This document shows positions 10,537 to 20,349 of a stretch of 53,034 nucleotides of DNA, piece after piece. This DNA is from a bacterium. Its GTDB lineage: Bacteria; SZUA-182; DTGQ01; JAFGSM01. The DNA lies in assembly GCA_049472355.1 (NCBI GenBank), contig JBLIRP010000015.1, positions 1 through 53,034 on the forward strand, in the 5' to 3' direction. The position numbers and the translations under genes were made by a program. The notes below the pieces were generated by a model that made no database searches, was not told where the DNA came from, and saw nothing but the letters and a program-made list of their open reading frames with translations. How positions within the stretch are numbered: the first letter of the stretch is position 1; each line of letters begins with the position of its first letter.

Positions 10537-10848
10537 ATGAGTTTGCTGGGGCATTCGAGGGATGCTGTAATTATTCCGCTGATTCGGCATTGGCGGGTAA
10601 TTTTGACGGCTGGAGATATTTTTGCAGCGCCTGCGACGAGTGAGCATTTTAATCTTATGCAGCAGGTGGCAATGGGTGCAGGTGCGGCGGTTGCTATATG
10701 CAAAGACGAAATTGATGATACAATTATCGACAAAAATACTGTGGTTGTTTTTGATTCGGATAATGAACTGAGTATTTATGATGGATTGCGGCATTTGCTC
10801 GGCAGGATGGTACTTTCACGGAAAATGGCCAAAACGGGATACGATTAG
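10537..10848 (+). pseudogene. C-terminal fragment of a GT4 (Glycos_transf_1) glycosyltransferase
   Basis: AGDIFAAPATSEHFNLMQQVAMGAGAAVA...IIDKNTVVVFDSDNELSIYDGLRHLL follows the GT4 C-terminal pattern (DIFV.PS..E.F....EAM..G..V); N-terminal domain missing and the EAM Glu is lost. Confidence 0.55.
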
Positions 10849-10916
10849 TTAAGAGAAAATTATAGTGGGGATGAAATGCTTATTAGGATGGTATCGATTT
10901 AACAAAATTCTTTTCA

Positions 10917-13067
10917 ATGGCATTCTATCAGAGGAAAATCATAATGATCAACAACTCTGTTAATAAGTATTTTTTTATGGTTCTTTTTTCTATTGCTGCA
11001 GTTTTATTATTTGCATGGTATTCAAATATAAATTGCAATTATCCATACTATTTTATATGGGATATGGACCATCATACAACTGTTGATACTGTTTTAATTC
11101 AAAGCGACTTGCTGCCGGATCATACTTGCCATCCAGGTTTTGGTATGAACCTAATATTTGTGCTCAGCGAGAGGATGGCCCATTTGATGGGAAGTATCTC
11201 GTCTTTAACTTTAAGCGATCTATCTGTATCATTAAATCCTGCAGCGTGTATGGCTGAGCTTACAGATTATCTTAGGAGACATTCACCTTACTTATCGATA
11301 GCGACAGTATTATTTCTGTGTTTCGGACTTCAGTTGATCTTTAATTTACCGACGTGGTTCTTAATGGTTGTTATCGGAGTATTTGGGCTGCAGGAATCAT
11401 TCAGCTATCAATCAGCCATGGTACGCACCGAGCTTTACAGTCTTTTTTATTGGAGCTTTGCTGTTTTAATGGCTTCAGCGTCTCTTAGATTTAAAGGATT
11501 TGTAAAAAGGCAAATATTCCTTGTAATAGGAGGAATTCTTGCAGGATTGTGCTTTATGGCAAAGATGCAATCCCTTTTTTATTTAGCTGCACTACTGATT
11601 TTTTGGATTATAGGAAGTTCTTTATTGTGTGATGAACGAGAGAGCGTTAAAAAAGTTAGGAGCAAGGGGAATAAGCTTTTTATTTTTTTGGCAAGCATAT
11701 TTAGTTTTTTTATATTTTTGACTTTAATCCTTGTTTCATATAACATATCAATACCAAAAGGGATTCCGCTTTGGGCGAAATCTTTTGGCATAAGACCTCT
11801 GGCCGTCATTTTCCTCATTGGTTTTTTGTTCTTGCTGATAATCCAATTTATTAATTATCGCAAGGACAAGAGTTCTGACATCTATTATATGTTTTCTATG
11901 TTGAGTGTCGTTGGATTTGGATTCATTTTGTCCTTTGGGATGTATTTTCTTGTATATGGTTTGCAAGCAGGATTGTCGCTTAAGTATCTTTTGATTACTT
12001 TTAAGATGGTTTTTCTAAGAGAACCTGAAAGACTTCTAATTCCGAAAATTTCTGATTATATTTCTAACTTTGCTATATGTGTAAAATATAATCCTACCAT
12101 ATTTCTTGTAAACATTGTTTTTTTCTTGATTTTATTACTTGGGCATTTTAAAGGATTTGTAAAGCTAAAAAAAAAGGAATTAGTTCTTTTGATTTTAGTT
12201 TTTTTTATTGCATATCTTAATATTATGGTAGGCACGCGTCTTATATTGAGGGACAATTTATGGCGAGAAGTTATTATAAATTTTCTTAGCCTGTTTTGTT
12301 TCGGCATTATTCTGGGACGTTCTGATAAAGGCAAAAAGAAAGCGGTTCAATTAAGCGCTGTTTTGTTTGTATTGATAATTTTAGCGAATATAAATCATCT
12401 ACGCAATATACGGGACAGGCTGGATGCCAATTTTAATCATTATGGGTGGCAGAAAGGAAAGGTATTCGACGGAGTATACAAATACAATCAAATCAAATAC
12501 CATCAATTGATGCATCAGAGATATGATGCCACTACAGCCTGGATTGGTGCAAGGATGGCTGTTGAGCATAAGAAAATCAGAGAGGTAGCTGATTTTGTTT
12601 TTAAGAACCAGGAAATAACACACAAAAATATTGGGGTAGCATTTGAAGGATTCAGTGTTTGGAGCGATTCCTTAGATTATAAAATTGTGGAAGTTCCACC
12701 TGCTTTAAGGGGAGACATTGTTGTGGACAGCCAGAGCGTTCCGTTAGGGAGCAAGCATTATTTCAAAGAAGAATGTGTGACTGCTCATAATGAATACAGC
12801 GATTATTTGGACAAGTTTAAAAAAGGCACTTCGCCCAAGAAACTGGTGATTCTGCCAAGAGTGGATTTGCGAATATTATTATTTGTGTCTGATGACGATG
12901 TCCGCAGTTTATTAAGTGAGAGGATAACTGAAACCCCTTATTCGGTAATTCTAAGAAATGAGAGTAGTTCTAAGATAGGGCTGAAGGGATTGTTAATTAA
13001 TAATTATTGTGAGCTTGATGTAGGTAAAATTAAAAAGAATTACTTTTTTGTAATTCATGAAATATGA
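10917..13067 (+). CDS. Large polytopic membrane protein, possible GT-C-fold glycosyltransferase (start may be 10944)
   Basis: 716-aa AT-rich ORF with about a dozen hydrophobic segments, an acidic WDMD motif after TM1 and a soluble C-terminal domain; lies next to a GT2 gene. Confidence 0.7.
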   Translation: MAFYQRKIIMINNSVNKYFFMVLFSIAAVLLFAWYSNINCNYPYYFIWDMDHHTTVDTVLIQSDLLPDHTCHPGFGMNLIFVLSERMAHLMGSISSLTLSDLSVSLNPAACMAELTDYLRRHSPYLSIATVLFLCFGLQLIFNLPTWFLMVVIGVFGLQESFSYQSAMVRTELYSLFYWSFAVLMASASLRFKGFVKRQIFLVIGGILAGLCFMAKMQSLFYLAALLIFWIIGSSLLCDERESVKKVRSKGNKLFIFLASIFSFFIFLTLILVSYNISIPKGIPLWAKSFGIRPLAVIFLIGFLFLLIIQFINYRKDKSSDIYYMFSMLSVVGFGFILSFGMYFLVYGLQAGLSLKYLLITFKMVFLREPERLLIPKISDYISNFAICVKYNPTIFLVNIVFFLILLLGHFKGFVKLKKKELVLLILVFFIAYLNIMVGTRLILRDNLWREVIINFLSLFCFGIILGRSDKGKKKAVQLSAVLFVLIILANINHLRNIRDRLDANFNHYGWQKGKVFDGVYKYNQIKYHQLMHQRYDATTAWIGARMAVEHKKIREVADFVFKNQEITHKNIGVAFEGFSVWSDSLDYKIVEVPPALRGDIVVDSQSVPLGSKHYFKEECVTAHNEYSDYLDKFKKGTSPKKLVILPRVDLRILLFVSDDDVRSLLSERITETPYSVILRNESSSKIGLKGLLINNYCELDVGKIKKNYFFVIHEI

Positions 13068-13117
13068 ATGACGATTTAAAGCTGAAATTCCAAATTGGTT
13101 AGAAAAAGGGATAGAAG

Positions 13118-14542
13118 TTGGATAGGAAAATAAATTATGATTTGAGAATAATTGAATCGAAGCGGTATAAGAATCCGGGTTATTATAATGAAATAGACCG
13201 ATACTGCAAGTTTGTGGTCTGCAAAGGCATGAGGGTTCTTGAAATAGGTTGTTCTACAGGAAGACTTCTGGATGCTGTTTGTCCGTCTTATGGATTGGGT
13301 GTGGATATAGATGAAAAAAAAATAGAGGCAGCAAAAGAAATTCACAGTGTTAAGAATAATCTTGAGTTCATAGCAGATGATGTTGAGACGATGGATTTTT
13401 CAAATAGAGGTTCATTTGATTATATCATTATTTCTGACGTGCTGCCGTTGCTAAAAGATGTGCAAAGAACGCTTGCTAATCTAAAATCTATTTGTACGCC
13501 TTTTACAAGGCTGGTAATTACGTATCACTCCAACCTTTGGAGGCCTGTGCTTGGATTTGCTACGTTAATTGGGCGGCGCAGTCCTGATCCGAGCTATAAC
13601 TGGCTTTCCACAAATGATATAAAAAACCTACTTTGCCTTGCAGGTTATGAAGTGGTAACAACATCAAGCAGGACACTGTTACCGATACGGATACCATTAG
13701 TGAACTGGTTTTTTAATCGATTGCTTGCAAAGATGCCTATTTTTAGCTCATTATGTTTGACATGGGGTATAGTTGCCAGGCCAAGCCCCGGCACGGTCAG
13801 CAGTGGCAGGAGTGAGGAGCCGACGGTGTCGATTGTGATTCCGACCCGCAATGAGAGGGGGAACATTGAAGATGCATTTACGCGAACACCAAAGATGGGA
13901 AAGTCGACGGAACTGATTTTTGTGGATGGACACTCGGACGACGGGACTATAGAGGAAATCAAAAGATGCATGGATAAATATGGCAAGGAATGGCATCGAG
14001 CGGTCCTTATTAATCAGAGCGGCAGGGGAAAGGGACAGGCTGTTCGGCAGGGATTTGCCCAGTGCGAGGGTGACGTTTTGATGATACTTGATTCTGACCT
14101 CACGATGCCGCCCGAAGAATTGCCGAAGTATTATAATGCTATTGTAACGGGGAAGGGAGAGTTTATAAATGGCTGCCGGCTGGTTTATCCAATGGAAAAG
14201 AAGGCAATGCGGTTCCTGAACATGATAGGGAATTACTTTTTCGCGGGATTGTTTACGTGGCTGTTAGGGCAGAGGATCAAGGACACCCTTTGCGGGACGA
14301 AGGTTTTATGGAAGCATGATTATGAAAGGATTGCGGCGAACCGGTCTTATTTTGGTGAGTTCGACCCGTTCGGAGATTTTGACCTTTTATTCGGGGCGGC
14401 CAAGCTGAACCACAGGATTGTAGATATGCCCATTAGATATAAAGAGCGAAGCTATGGGGAGATAAAAATAAACCGCTGGCAGCATGGGTGGCTTTTGCTG
14501 AAGATGAGTTTTACCGCATTTTGCAAGCTGAAGCTGTCGTGA
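13118..14542 (+). CDS. Class I SAM methyltransferase / GT2 glycosyltransferase fusion (polyprenol-P glycosyltransferase-like)
   Basis: RVLEIGCSTG motif I; VSIVIPTRNERGNI, FVDGHSDDGT, GKGQAV, ILDSDL, DTLCGTK and DPFGDFDLLFGA motifs. Confidence 0.9.
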   Translation: MDRKINYDLRIIESKRYKNPGYYNEIDRYCKFVVCKGMRVLEIGCSTGRLLDAVCPSYGLGVDIDEKKIEAAKEIHSVKNNLEFIADDVETMDFSNRGSFDYIIISDVLPLLKDVQRTLANLKSICTPFTRLVITYHSNLWRPVLGFATLIGRRSPDPSYNWLSTNDIKNLLCLAGYEVVTTSSRTLLPIRIPLVNWFFNRLLAKMPIFSSLCLTWGIVARPSPGTVSSGRSEEPTVSIVIPTRNERGNIEDAFTRTPKMGKSTELIFVDGHSDDGTIEEIKRCMDKYGKEWHRAVLINQSGRGKGQAVRQGFAQCEGDVLMILDSDLTMPPEELPKYYNAIVTGKGEFINGCRLVYPMEKKAMRFLNMIGNYFFAGLFTWLLGQRIKDTLCGTKVLWKHDYERIAANRSYFGEFDPFGDFDLLFGAAKLNHRIVDMPIRYKERSYGEIKINRWQHGWLLLKMSFTAFCKLKLS

Positions 14543-14649
14543 TCAGCTTTGCGGTTTAGAAAGATTAGCGCATCGTGAAATTTGAATTCATGATTTTAAG
14601 TCAGAAATAACCTTTTGACAGAATCGACGAAGGAGGAGCAAAAGTCGTC

Positions 14650-15783
14650 ATGAACCTCCGGCGCACAGGTGCGGTGGCGCGAAAGGAGTTCCTGCACATC
14701 CTGCGGGACCCCAGGAGCCTGGTCATGGCCCTGGCCCTCCCCATGGTCCTGCTTCTGCTTTTCGGCTATGCCCTCACCCTCGACGTGGACCGCATCCCCA
14801 CCCTGGTGTACGACCACGACCGAAGCCCCCAGAGCCGGGCACTGATCGCCCGGCTCGAGGGATCACGCTATTTCAGGGTGTGCGGGTTTGTCTCCACGTA
14901 TGCGGAGATCGAAAAAAGGATCGACCGCGACGAGTGCCTGGCTGCCCTGGTCGTCCCACCGGGATACGGAAGGGACATCCTCGCCGGGAAGGAGGCGAAG
15001 GTGCAGTTCATCATCGACGGGAGCGATTCCAACACCGCCTCCATAGCCCTGGGGTATGCGGAGGGTCTCATAACCTCCTTCTCCAGACAATTACAGATCG
15101 AGGCCCTGGAGCGAAAGACGGGGGAGGCGCCCCCGGTGCCGGTGGAGGCGCGGTTGCGGGTGTGGTACAACAGCGAGATGGAGTCCAAGAACTTCATCGT
15201 GCCCGGGCTGGTGGCGGTGATCCTGATGATCATCTCCTCCCTGCTCACCTCCCTCACCATTGCCCGGGAATGGGAGATGGGCACCATGGAGCAGCTCCTC
15301 TCCACCCCCCTGCGCTCCACCGAGTTGGTGCTGGGGAAGATGACCGCCTTTTTTGCGGTGGGGATGATCGACGCCCTGATCGCCATCGGGATCGGGGTGC
15401 TCGTGTTCGGTGTTCCCCTGCGGGGGAGCGGCATCCTGGTCTTCGTCACCTGCTGCGTGTTCCTGTTCGGGGCACTGTGCACGGGGATCATGATCTCCGC
15501 CCTCACCCGGCAGCAGCTTCTCGCCTACCAGCTGGGGATCATCACCTCGTTCCTGCCGGCGTTCCTCCTGTCCGGGTTTGTGTTCGCCATCGAAAACATG
15601 CCCCGCATCATCCGGATCATCACCCACATCATCCCCGCCCGCTACTTCATCACCATGCTGAAGGGAATCTTTCTGAAAGGGGTGGGACTGGGCGTGCTCT
15701 GGATGGAAATGGGGCTTCTCCTTGCGTATGCGGCCGTCGTCTTTTCGATCGCCACCCGGAAACTGAAACAGAAGCTGGGGTGA
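14650..15783 (+). CDS. ABC-2 type permease (YbhS-like)
   Basis: RKEFLHILRDPR, IDGSDSNTA, IAREWEMGTMEQLLSTP and LLSGFVFAIENMP motifs. Confidence 0.93.
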   Translation: MNLRRTGAVARKEFLHILRDPRSLVMALALPMVLLLLFGYALTLDVDRIPTLVYDHDRSPQSRALIARLEGSRYFRVCGFVSTYAEIEKRIDRDECLAALVVPPGYGRDILAGKEAKVQFIIDGSDSNTASIALGYAEGLITSFSRQLQIEALERKTGEAPPVPVEARLRVWYNSEMESKNFIVPGLVAVILMIISSLLTSLTIAREWEMGTMEQLLSTPLRSTELVLGKMTAFFAVGMIDALIAIGIGVLVFGVPLRGSGILVFVTCCVFLFGALCTGIMISALTRQQLLAYQLGIITSFLPAFLLSGFVFAIENMPRIIRIITHIIPARYFITMLKGIFLKGVGLGVLWMEMGLLLAYAAVVFSIATRKLKQKLG

Positions 15784-15787
15784 CGGG

Positions 15788-16936
15788 ATGTGGAAACGGG
15801 TCCTGGAGATCGTAAAAAAGGAATTCAATCAGGTGCTGCGCGACCCGCGGATGCGGGTGGTGCTGCTGGTTCCTCCCCTGGTGCAGACCATCATCTTCGG
15901 CTATGCCATCAACATGGACGTCTCCCATGTACCCATCGCCTGGATGGACCGGGACCGCACCCCGGCAAGCAGGGAGCTTCTCGCCGCCTTCAGCGGCTCC
16001 CCTTACTTCGAGGTATCGGCCGTGATCACCAGGGAGGAGGAGGTCAAATCCCTGCTCGATAAAGGGGAGGTGAAGGGAGTGATTCGGGTGTCGCCCGGAT
16101 TCGGCAGGGATATCCTCAGGCAGAAGACCGCAGGGGTGCAGATCCTGGTGGACGGCACGGATTCGAATACCGCCTCCATCGTATCGAGCTATGCCAGCCA
16201 GATAATCGCCGGCCACGCCAAACGGATACAGCGAATACAGCAGGAGGCACGCCTGGTAGGGAAAAGCAACGTACCGGTGTACATGGCCCTTCCCTCCGTG
16301 CGAACGGAGAGCCGGGTGTGGTTCAACCCGGACCTCTCGAGCAGGGACTACTTCGTTCCCGGGGTCATCGTCAACATCATCGCCATCGTCACGATCATGC
16401 TCACCGCCATGGCCATTGTGCGGGAAAAGGAGATCGGCACCATGGAGCAGTTGATGGTCACCCCCATCCGCCCCATCGAGCTGATCCTGGGAAAGACGAT
16501 CCCCTTCGCCATTGCAGGGCTCATCGACGTGTTCCTGATCACCGCGGCAGGGCTTGTGGTCTTCCGGATACCCCTCAGGGGGAGCTGGTGTGTGCTGACC
16601 GCGGCATCCATCCTGTTCCTCATGACCACCCTGGGAACGGGGCTCTTCATATCCACCATCTCCCAGACCCAGCAGCAGGCCCTCATGTCCACCTTCTTTG
16701 TCATGATGCCCGGATTCCTGCTGAGCGGGTTCGCCTTCCCCATCCGGAACATGCCCCTTCCGATACAATATCTGACCTATCTCAATCCCCTGCGCTACTT
16801 CATGGAGATCGTGCGGGGGATCTTCCTGAAGGGTACCGGCATCACCGTGCTCTGGCCCCAGATGCTCGCTCTCCTGGCATTCGGCATGGCCGTGCTGGGA
16901 CTGAGCGTGCTGCGGTTTCACAAGCGGCTGGATTGA
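15788..16936 (+). CDS. ABC-2 type permease (YbhR-like)
   Basis: KEFNQVLRDPR, VDGTDSNTA, VREKEIGTMEQLMVTPI and LSGFAFPIRNMP motifs. Confidence 0.93.
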   Translation: MWKRVLEIVKKEFNQVLRDPRMRVVLLVPPLVQTIIFGYAINMDVSHVPIAWMDRDRTPASRELLAAFSGSPYFEVSAVITREEEVKSLLDKGEVKGVIRVSPGFGRDILRQKTAGVQILVDGTDSNTASIVSSYASQIIAGHAKRIQRIQQEARLVGKSNVPVYMALPSVRTESRVWFNPDLSSRDYFVPGVIVNIIAIVTIMLTAMAIVREKEIGTMEQLMVTPIRPIELILGKTIPFAIAGLIDVFLITAAGLVVFRIPLRGSWCVLTAASILFLMTTLGTGLFISTISQTQQQALMSTFFVMMPGFLLSGFAFPIRNMPLPIQYLTYLNPLRYFMEIVRGIFLKGTGITVLWPQMLALLAFGMAVLGLSVLRFHKRLD

Positions 16937-17107
16937 GCCGGCGCCGGTTTAGTCATTTCATCATGTTTGTTTTTTTCCCAACGCCTTAGCTCCCGCTTGT
17001 TCGTATCCACTGCTGTCATGATTAATGTTTTATTTCCAAGACCTTCCAGACGAAAAATCAAAGAAACCATGACATTACCCGGGGAGTACTCACGCTCATT
17101 ATTTTTT

Positions 17108-17123
17108 TGGCAATAGTTATGCG
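17108..17123 (+). promoter_or_regulatory. Candidate sigma54 -24/-12 promoter
   Basis: TGGCAAT-AGTT-ATGCG (GG-N10-GC) about 70 bp upstream of the lipoprotein gene. Confidence 0.35.
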
Positions 17124-17195
17124 ATATTTGTATAATATTTAAAAACGATATGCCCAACAGAAACCTTTTCGAGGGAGCACGTGGAGGGATAAGAA

Positions 17196-17968
17196 ATGAA
17201 AAGGGCAACATTATATCTTATGTTTCTCCCCTTGATATTGGTGATTATCGGTTGTGGTGGCGGCGAAGGTGGCGGCGAAGAAGACGATAGTGGCGGCGGA
17301 TGGGTGACCATTGAAGAGCCGACAACGGAACCGGCGACCTCCACTAATTGTGACTCCATATACATCGGTGGGGAAGCCTTTATCAGTCCCACGTGGTACA
17401 GGTGTTGCTCAGGCTCGGCTGAAGATACCGGTGTAACGGTTACATGGAGAAACATAACATCCGGTGAGGGTGGAAACGCTGATCAAGACGTTGATATCTG
17501 CTACTTTTTCGGTTCACCTTATCTGTGCAATCACAGATGGGGTGCAACCATACCTCTCACTTTAGGCGAAAATCAAATTACCGTCACCGCATCCGACCCC
17601 TCCGGCGTGTCAGGACAGGGTTCGATTACCGTGTCGAAGCCTGTGGCCTCTTTTTCCATTCATGGGAAAGTGACCAACACATTAGATATCGGCCTCTGGA
17701 ACAGTGGTATTTCCGGATTCAAATTGACTCTGACGGGCACGGACCGGAATGACTCCGTTTTTGCAGATAGATACGGACCGGCACAAATGCATCGGCAACC
17801 TGTTTTACAGACCAAAATGCATACTACATCTTTGCAGTACCGAATGGTTCATATACCATTGCGCCCTCTGACTGTGACTGGGTGGACTGCTATTCCTTTG
17901 CGCCTGCAACCAGAGATGTCACCGTCAACAATGCAGACGTTACGGGGCAAAATTTTATAAGACAGTGA
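17196..17968 (+). pseudogene. Lipoprotein with Ig-like and carboxypeptidase-regulatory-like domains, frameshifted near 17773
   Basis: Lipobox IIG|C. After DSVFADRYG the plausible protein continues in another frame: TGTNASATCFTDQNAYYIFAVPNGSYTIAPS...YSFAPATRDVTVNNADVTGQNFIRQ* (TGA 17966-17968). Confidence 0.65.
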
Positions 17969-18016
17969 TGAGGAAGAGCAGTATGAGGGACGGACGAGGC
18001 GCTCGGACAGCTTGGA

Positions 18017-18352
18017 TCAACGCAAAGCAATTATCCGGTGCATCACCTTCACCACCACAAAAACGCTTAATCCGATGATCAGGAATTCAATGACTGTGTT
18101 GAAAAACGTCCCATAGCGTATCACTACCGCAGGAATGAATGCACCTGTTGCAGATATGCCAGCCTCCTTAATCACCAACTCGAGATGTTTGAACTCTACG
18201 CCCCCGATGACAAAGCCGATAGGAGGCATGATGATATCGTTGACGAGGGAATTGACAATCTTATTGAATGCCGTCCCGATGATGATCCCTACCGCCATGT
18301 CCAACGCATTGCCTTTTACGGCAAATTCCTTGAACTCCTGCCAGAAACCCAT
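18017..18352 (-). CDS. mscL: Large-conductance mechanosensitive channel (short C-terminus)
   Basis: EFKEFAVKGNALDMAVGIIIGTAFNKIVNSLVNDIIMPPIG and YGTFFNTVIEFLII. Confidence 0.95.
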   Translation of the reverse strand: MGFWQEFKEFAVKGNALDMAVGIIIGTAFNKIVNSLVNDIIMPPIGFVIGGVEFKHLELVIKEAGISATGAFIPAVVIRYGTFFNTVIEFLIIGLSVFVVVKVMHRIIALR

Positions 18353-18411
18353 GATACTCCCCCCTTCCGAAATGCCCCCTCGTGTTCTATGGTCTCCTTG
18401 CCGCTATGCTA

Positions 18412-18990
18412 TTAGATGAAGGGGTACGATGTAACATATGAGACAGCATAGGGATTCAAGGCATAATACGTAAGGAGTTGCTGGACATCAACGTAATTGT
18501 AATAGGGATAACTAACCGCCAGCCCGGCATATGTGCTCACACTATCGAGACCAAATGGTCCGAATGCCCCCGGCAGGGTACTGCCCAATGGAGATACTCC
18601 AAAGTAGAGGTTCAGGTAATCAATGTATAACGGCCAGGAGGTTGTTAAATAGAGTTGTGGATCAACCAAGCCGGGATAGCCGGAATATACCCCGGGCACG
18701 GCATAGGATATCGCGGCAAGAGAGGTCGCCGGAACCGTTGCACCTGCCGGCCAGATAAATGAATCGAAGGCGGTTATTGTATCGCCGACGTATGGATAGA
18801 TAGGAGGCAGGCTCCCAAGGCCTATCGGCGCATATGCAGTTCCCGCAAACAAGGTGTTGAATGCAGCGATAGGAGGCACGCCATATGCCGAGGGCCAAAT
18901 AACCTGGGCATTGCATGTCCCGATAAAAAAGAGCGTCACGGCACAGATAATAACACCAAGAATTATAGTGTTGCGATATGCATTATTCAT
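18412..18990 (-). CDS. Secreted Tyr/Pro/Ala/Gly-rich hypothetical protein
   Basis: GGAGG RBS; signal peptide ending CNA|Q; mature part has no Lys/Arg and is Tyr-rich. Confidence 0.72.
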   Translation of the reverse strand: MNNAYRNTIILGVIICAVTLFFIGTCNAQVIWPSAYGVPPIAAFNTLFAGTAYAPIGLGSLPPIYPYVGDTITAFDSFIWPAGATVPATSLAAISYAVPGVYSGYPGLVDPQLYLTTSWPLYIDYLNLYFGVSPLGSTLPGAFGPFGLDSVSTYAGLAVSYPYYNYVDVQQLLTYYALNPYAVSYVTSYPFI

Positions 18991-19104
18991 TGCAATGTCC
19001 TCCCTTTAAAATTGATGGTCCAGTAACGAGTCCGAATCGTTGGTAATTATGCAGTATGGAATACAAAGTAAATGTCCGGTAGGAATCTGCCTTATCTAAA
19101 TAAA

Positions 19105-19133
19105 AGTATAGATAGGGCCGCTATTGTTGTCAA
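19105..19133 (-). promoter_or_regulatory. sigma70-type promoter
   Basis: TTGACA-N17-TATACT upstream of the 18990 gene. Confidence 0.65.
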
Positions 19134-19185
19134 GACAAGGATTAAAGGGAAACATCTTGGAATGTGAAAAGAGGGATGATAGAGC

Positions 19186-20349
19186 CTATCTTCTTTGACA
19201 CCTTTTATTTTTTCGTACAATCGATTTTATAAAGGTGTCCACGAGTTGGGGGCTGAAGTCGTTGCCCCGCGCACTTCGCAGGATGTTGACAACCTCTTTC
19301 TGCGTCCTTCCCTTCCGATACGGACGGGTGCTTCGCAATGCATCGAACACGTCCGAGATGGCGATCATCTGGCTTACGATGTTTGGTTTATAGCTGCTCC
19401 GGACACGCGGGTATCCCTGTCCGTTGAACTTGATGTGATGTTCCAGGGCACCCAGCACGGCGATATTTGGAATATCCTTTAATTCCATGATGTAACTGGC
19501 ACCTTTGACCGCATGGCTCTTTATGATCTCCCGTTCCTTCCGGGTAAGCTCGCCCGGCTTATTGAGGATCTCTTCAGGAATAAAGAGCTTGCCGATATCA
19601 TGAAGGGACGAGGCAATACCGATATGATGCAAAAGATCCCCGTTAAAACCCATGGCCTCGGCTTGAGACATGGTGAGCACGCATACATTGACACCATGGG
19701 TAAAGGTATATTCATCCATCGACTTAAGAGAGGTCATCAGGCTGATCGGACCCATGCCTTCTCGAAAACCCTTGATGAATCCCTTTACGATAATATCTAT
19801 CCCGTGGACGTTGACCCTTTTTTTCTTCTTCATCGAGGTATACAGCTCTTTCAGTATATTAAGATTGGCATCCTTGAGATCGATCGATATCTCGAGGTCT
19901 TCTTCATAGGGGTTGGATAAGGAGATATCCTTCTCTTCCTCCTGATCAACCCTGAGTTCCACCTTGCCGAGCTTTATATGGGTGCTGGTTTGTAATGGGG
20001 AGGCATCGGATGATCCCAGGTTTTGGATCAAATCCTGAAGGTCCTTCCTGGGTAATCCCTCCAAAAAGGTGATTCGCTCGATCCCGCTTTCCTGCATTAT
20101 ACGAATAAATTTATCGAACACCTGTCCATTGGACGAAATGGGCCTTTTGTCCACGACCAGATCGTCATCGATCAAAAATACCGTTATCTCCGGCCTGTGA
20201 CGCAAAATCTCGGAAAGCTCGTTATATGCCCTGTCAATGCATTGGGTGACCTGAGGATGGCTGATGGCGTACAGGTGGGAATTGGTGACGGCGGCAGTAA
20301 GGTGGGTGATGACCCGGAAAAAATCCTGGTGATCACCAGACCTTAACAT
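19186..20349 (-). CDS. HD-GYP domain protein (putative c-di-GMP phosphodiesterase)
   Basis: YTFTHGVNV, LHDIGK, HHIKFNGQGYP and ISDVFDALRSTRPY motifs. Confidence 0.9.
   Translation of the reverse strand: MLRSGDHQDFFRVITHLTAAVTNSHLYAISHPQVTQCIDRAYNELSEILRHRPEITVFLIDDDLVVDKRPISSNGQVFDKFIRIMQESGIERITFLEGLPRKDLQDLIQNLGSSDASPLQTSTHIKLGKVELRVDQEEEKDISLSNPYEEDLEISIDLKDANLNILKELYTSMKKKKRVNVHGIDIIVKGFIKGFREGMGPISLMTSLKSMDEYTFTHGVNVCVLTMSQAEAMGFNGDLLHHIGIASSLHDIGKLFIPEEILNKPGELTRKEREIIKSHAVKGASYIMELKDIPNIAVLGALEHHIKFNGQGYPRVRSSYKPNIVSQMIAISDVFDALRSTRPYRKGRTQKEVVNILRSARGNDFSPQLVDTFIKSIVRKNKRCQRR

Noticed and set aside
13064..13117. Amber read-through: an ATG overlapping the previous stop, in frame with the MTase-GT2 gene across two TAGs
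   Set aside because: TAG is used as a normal stop elsewhere in the window, and the TTG start has a plausible RBS.
14863..16989. Long alternative-frame and antisense ORFs over the permeases and other GC-rich genes
   Set aside because: Codon-bias shadows of well-supported genes, with no recognisable motifs.
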